Shown here: in pieces, positions 41,342 through 48,823 of the stretch
Numbering within the stretch: the first letter of the stretch is position 1
How the letters are laid out: the number at the start of each line of letters is the position of its first letter
Notes under the pieces: model-generated
Databases searched by the model: none
What the model saw: only the letters and a program-made list of their open reading frames with translations
What the model was told of the DNA's origin: nothing
DNA from: an uncultured virus (IMG/VR IMGVR_UViG_3300036958_000084)
Lineage: Duplodnaviria > Heunggongvirae > Uroviricota > Caudoviricetes
Reading direction: 5' to 3' (one strand)
IMG/VR virus record: IMGVR_UViG_3300036958_000084
DNA: 64,000 bases
Made by a program: the position numbers and the translations under genes

Positions 41342-41746
41342 GACATTAAGGCAAAAAGACATAAAAGACAAAATGACACGTCTTAAATCTCATTTCACCC
41401 TTACATATAAAATCTACTGCAGTGTTAAGCCTGATTAATTATACTATATAAATGAAATAATAATTCTATATTAATAAAGATATATGTATACTAATAATAT
41501 GATTATAATAATGTTATATAAATAAGTATATAAATACTAATAATATAGTTATGATAATATCGTATAATAATTTAGGATAAGAATAACATCTTATTTATAT
41601 GGTGGATACTCCTTTTAGCGGGACTGCTCTATCTGGTTAAGAAATTGATCAGGTAGAGCAGTCTTCATTTTTTTATTTACTATAGGCAAAAATAAAATTA
41701 AGACGCGTCATTTTGCCCTTTGTGTCATTTTGCCTTCTTGTCTTAA
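41338..41746. other. candidate replication origin: 49-bp inverted repeats around an AT-rich core
   Basis: 41338-41386 matches the reverse complement of 41698-41746 at 42/49; AT-rich interior. Confidence 0.6.
41622..41678 (+). terminator. terminator after the lysis genes
   Basis: gactgctctatctggttaa-gaaa-ttgatcaggtagagcagtc followed by a T-rich tract. Confidence 0.7.
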
Positions 41747-41779
41747 CACTCCCGTGGTGCAGGAGCTTTAAAAAGTTAT

Positions 41780-41810
41780 GGTTTTTTATAGTGAAGAAAG
41801 ATGATATAAT
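41780..41810 (+). promoter_or_regulatory. conserved 31-bp promoter, copy 1
   Basis: GGTTTTTTATAGTG-aagaaagatga-TATAAT. Confidence 0.85.
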
Positions 41811-41890
41811 ATTTTTAGAGTTAAGGAGCAGCGGAACCTCATGAGCCTGCTCCGCTCAGAAAATCAATTCTATTAAAGGAGGCCACCACA

Positions 41891-42400
41891 ATGGCAAACA
41901 AAGAAGTTAATTTCAACGATCCCACAAGCGTAGCAGCTGCAATCGCAGAGGCTGAGACAGCTGAGGCTACAAAGGCTGAGGCAAAGACTGGAGCTCCTAA
42001 GGCAAAGAAGCCCAGAGTAATTAAGGTTACCTACACTGCAGACAAGGACATCAAGAAGGGTGAGACAATCGAGTTCGAGTATGCTCTCCCTGTAAGTGCT
42101 GGTTCAAGAGGTATCCTCGCCGGCAAGAAGCTCGAAGACATGACAGACGACGAGCTCAAGATCGAGTACAGAAACGCAAGCTCTGTTCTCTACAAGCAGC
42201 AGAAGGCTGGTAACAAGGATACTACAAAGGCTCAGGCAAGAGTAGATGCTGTTATCGCAAAGATGGAAGAGAAGGGTATCAGTGTTCAGAAGCGCGCAGC
42301 TGCTGCTCCTGTTACTGCTGAGTCTGTTGCAGCTCTTATCAAGGCTGGTAAGCTCTCCGCTGAGGACATTCAGAAGCTCCTCGACGGCTCTGCTGAATAA
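41891..42400 (+). CDS. Ala/Lys-rich protein, possibly DNA-binding
   Basis: AAAGGAGG SD; strongly biased codons; directly after a promoter. Confidence 0.8.
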   Translation: MANKEVNFNDPTSVAAAIAEAETAEATKAEAKTGAPKAKKPRVIKVTYTADKDIKKGETIEFEYALPVSAGSRGILAGKKLEDMTDDELKIEYRNASSVLYKQQKAGNKDTTKAQARVDAVIAKMEEKGISVQKRAAAAPVTAESVAALIKAGKLSAEDIQKLLDGSAE

Positions 42401-42454
42401 TCTGAGTAGTTCCTCAGAACTTTGCTCCTATAGTCGCGGCCTTCGGGCCGCAAT

Positions 42455-42539
42455 GCGGTTGTGGTGAAATTGGCAGACACGCGAGATTTAGGTTCTCGTG
42501 CCGCAAGGCGTGCAGGTTCAAGTCCTGTTAACCGCACCA
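42455..42539 (+). tRNA. tRNA-Leu (anticodon TAG)
   Basis: GCGGTTG/TAACCGC acceptor stem, cgaga-TTTAGGT-tctcg anticodon arm, long variable arm, GGTTCAAGTCC, encoded CCA. Confidence 0.95.
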
Positions 42540-42554
42540 ATGAGTAGATACTAA

Positions 42555-42723
42555 GGGCAGCCTATTATCCGGCGCGCACTAACTCCCTAATTGAAAAAGG
42601 GTGCATATCATAATCGGTCGCATGTCTGTTGGCATGTGGGGGTGTTGTTTCGCCATAACAACGACACCCCTCCTTTCTGGGCATAAGGGTTGTCAGCAGG
42701 TTCGACTCCTGCATTGCCCACCA
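42555..42723 (+). ncRNA. tRNA-like structured RNA (169 nt)
   Basis: GGGCAG/TTGCCC-A-CCA ends, T-arm GCAGG-TTCGACT-CCTGC, several internal hairpins. Confidence 0.65.
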
Positions 42724-42746
42724 TTAGTTTATGAGTAGGTGATGTT

Positions 42747-44444
42747 ATGGCTAAATTTTATATTAAGGGACCAAGCGTCTACGTATCTGGTACATTGAAT
42801 GAACCAGTAGTTTCGCTATGGTACAATGAGGGTCTGATTGAGAAGCAAGCACGTTCGCGTACACTCTTTGTCGGACCCATTTCTAATATACACAGGATGC
42901 TTGCTTTAGCTCCGCAGATCAAGAATGAAGCAATTCTTGAGGCTGCACAGAAAGAGCTTGAGAGGTCAGTAGCTACTGAAGAGCTTATTCGCTATGGAGT
43001 AGATGAGGATGATCCAGAGGTAAAAAGTCTGGGCCTTTGGCCACATCAGGTATTAGGCGTACGTCTGGCACGCATTAATAAACGCTTTGGATTTTGGTTC
43101 GATACACGTACCGGAAAAACACGAATGATGATTAGAGCTATGTATGAGGCATTAGAAAGTGGCAAGTGCCAAAGGGCTTTAGTCATTTGCCCTACCGCCA
43201 TCATACCCTCATGGCTAGGTGACTTTGAAGATTATATGCCTGAATTAAAGGTAGCTGCATACTATGGTACTGACAAACAAAAGCGTGAGGCACTCAATAC
43301 GCCATGTCATGTGTTCATAATAAGTATGGAGTTAGTAGTTAGGAACATTGAGTTGCTACGACAAATAGGTTTCGATTATGTTGTAGTTGATGAAAGCTCC
43401 AAGCTTAAGTCACCTAAGTCACAAATATCCAAGACATTGCTTGAGTATGCACAGGAAGTAGAGTACTGGTATCTACTAAGTGCAACACCAGCACCAAACA
43501 ATGAGTCAGAGTACTATGTTCAAATGCGAACGATAGATCAATTCATATTTCCGCCTACATACAATAGGTTTGCAGAGAAGTACTTCCGGAATATATCAAG
43601 AAGTCCTATGTACATGAGGCTTGTAATGCGTGCTGATATGAAGCAAGAGTTCACTGATTTAGTAGCTACTAAGTCAATCTACATAGATCAGTCTATAATG
43701 CCTACTGCCGGCAAGGAATGGAAAGTTGTTAATTATCCACTAGACAGTAGATTGTTAGATGCATATGAAGAGTTTAGAAAGAACGCAGTTATAGAGCTTA
43801 CAAGTGGTGAACGAATTAGTACTGATATGATTGCAGCAGTTAATGCAAAACTTGCACAGATTACTTCTGGCTTTATAATTGACACGGATGCTGTCAATGA
43901 AAATAAGCTGCGTAGAAAGCTGCATGATACAACTACTCCACCACTCCAGGAATTCTATAGACTTGAGTCAGACTACTCACCATCGCAAAAAGCGCATGAG
44001 TTGAGAAAGCTCCTGGATACATTAGGAGATCAACAGGTAGTTATATGGGCCAACTACAAACAAGAATTCCTTGACATAAAAGAGCTGCTTGGTTCAAAGT
44101 GTCGTACATTAAATGGTGCAACTACTATGGTAGATAAGCTTGAATACATCAAGCAGTTTAAAGCACACAAAATTCAGTATCTAGTGTGTCATCCATTATC
44201 AGTAGGTATGGGTATTAATCTGACTGAGGCACATAGTATTGTCTACTACTCATTATCATATTCATATGAAGCTTTAAAGCAAAGCTCAGAGCGAACATGT
44301 GGACATATTAAAGTGCAGCCTAATAAGTGTACCTACTACGTGCTATGTGCAGAGAATACAATAGATGCTGCAATTTATAAAAATGTCAGTGATAAGAAGA
44401 CAAGCTCACTTGACTTCATGAATGCACTGAAGAAAGGAGACTGA
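42747..44444 (+). CDS. SNF2-family helicase
   Basis: DTRTGKT, VVDESS, LSATP, GMGINLTEA. Confidence 0.9.
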   Translation: MAKFYIKGPSVYVSGTLNEPVVSLWYNEGLIEKQARSRTLFVGPISNIHRMLALAPQIKNEAILEAAQKELERSVATEELIRYGVDEDDPEVKSLGLWPHQVLGVRLARINKRFGFWFDTRTGKTRMMIRAMYEALESGKCQRALVICPTAIIPSWLGDFEDYMPELKVAAYYGTDKQKREALNTPCHVFIISMELVVRNIELLRQIGFDYVVVDESSKLKSPKSQISKTLLEYAQEVEYWYLLSATPAPNNESEYYVQMRTIDQFIFPPTYNRFAEKYFRNISRSPMYMRLVMRADMKQEFTDLVATKSIYIDQSIMPTAGKEWKVVNYPLDSRLLDAYEEFRKNAVIELTSGERISTDMIAAVNAKLAQITSGFIIDTDAVNENKLRRKLHDTTTPPLQEFYRLESDYSPSQKAHELRKLLDTLGDQQVVIWANYKQEFLDIKELLGSKCRTLNGATTMVDKLEYIKQFKAHKIQYLVCHPLSVGMGINLTEAHSIVYYSLSYSYEALKQSSERTCGHIKVQPNKCTYYVLCAENTIDAAIYKNVSDKKTSSLDFMNALKKGD

Positions 44445-44445
44445 T

Positions 44446-44817
44446 ATGACACTAAAAGACGTCAAAGCGCTGTTAAATATTGAGCAAGAAAAAGCCGGTG
44501 TATTTACTGAAGAAGGTGCTATAATCAAAGCAGTAAGTGAGATACTTCCATATCTTGATGAGTGCATCGTTATTCGTCAGAATGCTGTTCATAGATCTGG
44601 TATACCGGACTTAATAGTCTGCTATATTGGTAGATTTATAGGCCTTGAGCTTAAGGATAATACCGGTGTACAGAGCTCGCAGCAAAAAGAATGGGAACGC
44701 AAAATAAAGCAGGCTGGTGGATACTACATACTCGCTGATAATATGGAACCGATTATAAACATTCTAAATCATATATGGAATGAAAGCGTGTACAGTAGAT
44801 GCCGTTCGGGTATTTAG
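44446..44817 (+). CDS. VRR-NUC domain nuclease
   Basis: SGIPDLIVCY.GRFIGLELK...QKEW...I.QAGG. Confidence 0.88.
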   Translation: MTLKDVKALLNIEQEKAGVFTEEGAIIKAVSEILPYLDECIVIRQNAVHRSGIPDLIVCYIGRFIGLELKDNTGVQSSQQKEWERKIKQAGGYYILADNMEPIINILNHIWNESVYSRCRSGI

Positions 44818-44841
44818 GCATGCAGTGCGATATAAAATTTT

Positions 44842-44872
44842 GGTTTTTTATAGTGAGGAAATATGTTATAAT
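44842..44872 (+). promoter_or_regulatory. conserved 31-bp promoter, copy 2
   Basis: GGTTTTTTATAGTG-aggaaatatgt-TATAAT. Confidence 0.85.
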
Positions 44873-44897
44873 TTTATATAGAGAGGAGCTGCAGGAA

Positions 44898-45488
44898 ATG
44901 CAAGCTAGCGACTTGAATGACGTGCTTGATATTAGAAGGAATGATCTTCTGTATAAGCCAAAGAAAACTAAACAGGATATAAACATTCTACTCAGTGTAC
45001 ACAAGAACCTAATCTACTGGTGCTTGTCACGATACAATAAGTTGTATGATGCGGATGCTGAGTCTGCAGCATGGGAAGCTCTCTGGGATGCTATTGCTAC
45101 TTATAACGTGTATGATACAGTTGCATTTTCAACGTATGCTGTACGCGTTATAAAGAATAGAATTGGTGACGTAATTAGAAAACAAAATCAAAGATGCGTC
45201 TTTGAAATTGTTCCATTCGATGAAGACTTCGATCCAGTAGATGCGTCCACTTCAATTAATTCTGCCTACGAAGCTAAAGAGTTGCTGGACAAAGCAAACA
45301 AGCTTGTAGACCAGTATATTGATATGAAGCAAGACAGCATCACGAAGAACATCTTGATCGTTTGGCGGGCTGCTAATTTCGACATCACCAAAACTATGAT
45401 TGCCACCATATGTAGAACATCTTGTTCTAAAGTTTGCGAAGCTTTGAATGGTGTTCGTGCATATGTGTCAGGCAGATTAAGGGACTAG
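44898..45488 (+). CDS. phage sigma-70 family RNA polymerase sigma factor
   Basis: Region 2 pattern HKNLIY...ALWDAIATYN...FSTYAVRVIKNRI; C-terminal region-4-like HTH. Confidence 0.82.
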   Translation: MQASDLNDVLDIRRNDLLYKPKKTKQDINILLSVHKNLIYWCLSRYNKLYDADAESAAWEALWDAIATYNVYDTVAFSTYAVRVIKNRIGDVIRKQNQRCVFEIVPFDEDFDPVDASTSINSAYEAKELLDKANKLVDQYIDMKQDSITKNILIVWRAANFDITKTMIATICRTSCSKVCEALNGVRAYVSGRLRD

Positions 45489-45552
45489 CTGTCCCTTAAT
45501 GCTTATTTTAAAATCTGTCACAGGTTTTATGTGGCAGAGGAAAGGAACTAAC

Positions 45553-46932
45553 ATGAATGACAAACAAGATGCACAGTTCGTAAATTGTGCCAAAGTCCTA
45601 ACTTTAGTGAGTAACACAAGTGGTGCTATTAGTAAACGCAGTTTGCTCATGAAGTTCGGGGACATGCCGCTATTGAAGCCAATATTGAAACATCTTTACG
45701 ACCCGTATACAACTACTGGTATAAAAGATCGCTCATTGTTCGAAGCACTGAATTATGTTGTAGGTGCACCAGCTGAGGCTCCAATGACAATCGAAGACTT
45801 TATTGCTTATCTCACTGAGAACAACACTGGTAGTATTTATGCTGCAGAACGAGCATGTATGATGTACAAGTGGGCTAAAAATCTTGGAGAGGAAGCTCGC
45901 TGGTTGATGTATGGTATCATAACTAAGAACCTACAGATTGGTGTAACAGCTGTAACACTGAACCAGTTATACGGCAAAGACTTCATCAAGATAATTGGTA
46001 TCATGCGTGGTATGCATGCACCATCAAGCTTCAACGGCATCTATGTTGCTACTGAAAAGATTGATGGTAATCGCCGTATCATCATGAACTTTGATGATCG
46101 CGTAGAAATCTACACAAGGTCCGGCAAGAGAGATACTGGCTTAGTAGAACTTGAAGAGCAGGCTCAGAAGTATTTGCCTAAGGGCTATGTGTATGACACT
46201 GAGTGTGTAGCTGCAGGAGAGTTTTCTGATAATGTTGAATGTCGGCAGGCATCTGCGTCTCTCCTAAATAAAGGCGGCACACGTACTGGTGTTGTATCAA
46301 AGATATTTGATATGATGCCAATAACAGACTACCAAAATGGTATATGCAGAATTCCTGCAATGTATCGAAAAGAAATGATTGCAAAGCTGTTCCATGATAC
46401 AAACGGCTTAAATCTGCTGGCAACTATACAGCCATTAAATGCGTTTAATCTCTTTGTATCAGAAGAGTGTACGGCATTTGTAGGTCTTCCTATTTTAGGT
46501 ATAGCACATAACATGCAGGAAGCAGTACAGTGTGCACAACCTGTATGGGACAGAAACGGTGAAGGCCTTATGCTGGTAGAATATATGTCACCATATGAGG
46601 TAAGTCCAAATCCTCGTAAGACTTTACTGAAGATTAAGGCTACATTTGAGTCAGTAGTAGAAGTCATAGATGTGCTTGAGGGTACCAACTCCAATGAAGG
46701 TCGTATGGGTGCTGTGTTAGTTAAGTTCACTGGCCGCGATGGTAATGAATATACCTTTGCAGTAGGTAGCGGCTTTACACAGTATGAGCGTGACTTATAT
46801 TGGCAGTCTCCCGGCGAAATTGTGGGTCAGAAGATCGAAGTTGAGCACTTTGGCGAAAGTCTGAACAAAGATGGTGGACGTGCGCTTAACTGCCCAATCT
46901 TCAAGCGCATAGTAGGTGATGAGGAGAGATAG
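45553..46932 (+). CDS. ATP-dependent DNA ligase
   Basis: TEKIDGNR (KxDG), YDTE, IFD, EGLML, LLKIK, VGSGFT, P.FKRI. Confidence 0.93.
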   Translation: MNDKQDAQFVNCAKVLTLVSNTSGAISKRSLLMKFGDMPLLKPILKHLYDPYTTTGIKDRSLFEALNYVVGAPAEAPMTIEDFIAYLTENNTGSIYAAERACMMYKWAKNLGEEARWLMYGIITKNLQIGVTAVTLNQLYGKDFIKIIGIMRGMHAPSSFNGIYVATEKIDGNRRIIMNFDDRVEIYTRSGKRDTGLVELEEQAQKYLPKGYVYDTECVAAGEFSDNVECRQASASLLNKGGTRTGVVSKIFDMMPITDYQNGICRIPAMYRKEMIAKLFHDTNGLNLLATIQPLNAFNLFVSEECTAFVGLPILGIAHNMQEAVQCAQPVWDRNGEGLMLVEYMSPYEVSPNPRKTLLKIKATFESVVEVIDVLEGTNSNEGRMGAVLVKFTGRDGNEYTFAVGSGFTQYERDLYWQSPGEIVGQKIEVEHFGESLNKDGGRALNCPIFKRIVGDEER

Positions 46933-46934
46933 CT

Positions 46935-47144
46935 ATGAAGACGCCGAAGTATTCGTATCATATGTCTTTAATGTTCAGTGGCTTTATAACTGCAAGGCAT
47001 GCTACTATTGTAGAGGCTGCAGACTATTTTAAAGTTCCAAAGTCTACGCTATGGGATGCACTGGAGAGATTAACTCCATCAGACAGAGCTGCAAGTCTCA
47101 GAGTAGCAAAAGAGAATACTCATCGCCACAAGAAAAGGAGCTAA
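46935..47144 (+). CDS. SpoIIID-like HTH protein
   Basis: ATIVEAADYFKVPKSTLWDALERL...EN.HRH. Confidence 0.6.
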   Translation: MKTPKYSYHMSLMFSGFITARHATIVEAADYFKVPKSTLWDALERLTPSDRAASLRVAKENTHRHKKRS

Positions 47145-47145
47145 C

Positions 47146-47310
47146 ATGAAGACAGTCCAAGACTTTGCAAAGGAGTGTTTGAGGACATTAGTAGATACAC
47201 TAAGTTGTCCTACATATGGCGCTTTTAGATGCTGGGGCTGCATACATAAGACTGCATGTATTTTAACTGCATCAATTGCATATGACATGATATTAGCTGG
47301 TAATTTTTAA
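47146..47310 (+). CDS. 54-aa Cys-rich protein
   Basis: Not in the track; AAGGAG SD; CWGCIHKTAC. Confidence 0.65.
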   Translation: MKTVQDFAKECLRTLVDTLSCPTYGAFRCWGCIHKTACILTASIAYDMILAGNF

Positions 47311-47320
47311 GGAGGAAATT

Positions 47321-48004
47321 ATGATTGTATCAATCGACGGTGCTGTTAAGAAACCGGGAACAGAAGACTGCCTATCAGTAGGCTGTGCTTTCTTTCCTGA
47401 GCTATCTGGCACAGACCTGTATAGACTTAAAGTTGAACCTACTGGGTCTACATCTCAGCGCGGTGAAATTAATGGTCTGCTTACAGCCCTTTCACGTATC
47501 GTTGAATTAAGGGAGACATTCCAGTATAATGATGACTCAGTAGTTATTCTTACTGACTCGCAGTATCTACACGATACTGTAACGTATGAGTGGCTACAGA
47601 AGTGGCGTGAGGCCGGCTGGATTGCAGCTAATGGTGAGGTGCCAAAGAACTGTGACCAGTGGAAAGTTATCTTAGACTTGATAGAAAAGCTTGAGACCTA
47701 CGGTGTATCAGTAGTTATGCAGTGGACTAAGGGTCATATATTTAAGTATCCTGCAAGTAAGATAACTGCATGCCTACGTGAAGACACTACTGGTGCTACA
47801 CTTTTATCTGCAATAAGCTCTATGATGTCAATAGCCACTGCTCGTGAGACAGTAGTTAATGCATTCAATAAAGAACGTAGAGAGCATGGTTTTGCAGAGC
47901 TACCAGCAGTAATGGCTGCAGAGTATGTTCTCTACAATACAACCACAGATGGCATTGCCGTGTACATTGCTAACCTTGTACAGGCTGCTAAGAACAAGGC
48001 ATAA
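47321..48004 (+). CDS. ribonuclease HI
   Basis: IDGA, TSQRGE, TDSQY, KNCDQW, WTKGH, N...D..A. Confidence 0.85.
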   Translation: MIVSIDGAVKKPGTEDCLSVGCAFFPELSGTDLYRLKVEPTGSTSQRGEINGLLTALSRIVELRETFQYNDDSVVILTDSQYLHDTVTYEWLQKWREAGWIAANGEVPKNCDQWKVILDLIEKLETYGVSVVMQWTKGHIFKYPASKITACLREDTTGATLLSAISSMMSIATARETVVNAFNKERREHGFAELPAVMAAEYVLYNTTTDGIAVYIANLVQAAKNKA

Positions 48005-48054
48005 ACAGCTTTGCTGTATGCAATAAATTTATATCCTTAAAGGAGGACCAAACT

Positions 48055-48813
48055 ATGGAAAACGAAATCATGAAGGCAAATATGGCAGCAGAGGTTGCTG
48101 CACCGGTAGAAGCTCGCTGTGGCTTCGAGGACACAGACAATAGTGATATTGTCATCCCGCGTATTAAGGTAATCAATGCACTCAGTCCTGAGAGACAGGA
48201 AGGTGCAGCGGAAGAAGGTGATGTACTTAATTCACTCACAAAGGAAAAGGTCAACGGCAAGGTATTCATTCCTATCAAACAGTACTACTCTAAGATACAC
48301 TGGAACCCTGATCGTGATGCAGATCCTCGTATCATGTGCATGAGTAGAGATGGTAAGATAGGTCAGACTTCAGACGGTGGCAAAGCACTTTGTGACTCAT
48401 GCACCAAGTGTCGTTTTGATAATACAAAGACTGGCAAAGATGCTCAGCCGCAGTGCACTTCATATCTCAACTTCCTCGGCTTCTTTACAGGAGACCCGAT
48501 GCCTGTAGTTCTTTCATTCGCGAAGACTAACTACAATGAAGGCAAGAAGATGATCTCGCTGGCTAAGGCTATGAGACAGGACATCTGGGCATACGGTTAT
48601 ATCGTTGACAGTGCTAAGCAGACAAAGGGCAGAAATACTTGGTTCAATATCAAGGTAACAATGGGCAATGCTACCGCTACTGAAGACGTGATGCTTGCCC
48701 GTGAACTGTATAACGCATATAAGCGCATAGCTCTCAGTGTTGACTACGAGGATGTAGCTACTCTGAGTAATGACGTACCTCCTGTAGATGCAAACGTTGC
48801 TGCCGAGATTTGA
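48055..48813 (+). CDS. replication/recombination protein, possibly ssDNA-binding
   Basis: IPRIKVINALSPE, Cys cluster, acidic end; directly before the primase gene. Confidence 0.45.
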   Translation: MENEIMKANMAAEVAAPVEARCGFEDTDNSDIVIPRIKVINALSPERQEGAAEEGDVLNSLTKEKVNGKVFIPIKQYYSKIHWNPDRDADPRIMCMSRDGKIGQTSDGGKALCDSCTKCRFDNTKTGKDAQPQCTSYLNFLGFFTGDPMPVVLSFAKTNYNEGKKMISLAKAMRQDIWAYGYIVDSAKQTKGRNTWFNIKVTMGNATATEDVMLARELYNAYKRIALSVDYEDVATLSNDVPPVDANVAAEI

Positions 48814-48823
48814 GGTGGCATAG

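Noticed and set aside
41338..41746. MITE or invertible switch with TTAA ends
   Set aside because: No transposase or recombinase is in the window and the internal direct repeats fit an origin better; not fully excluded.
42555..42723. tmRNA or a standard tRNA
   Set aside because: Too short for tmRNA, no G3-U70 pair or evident tag frame, and no normal D or anticodon arms.
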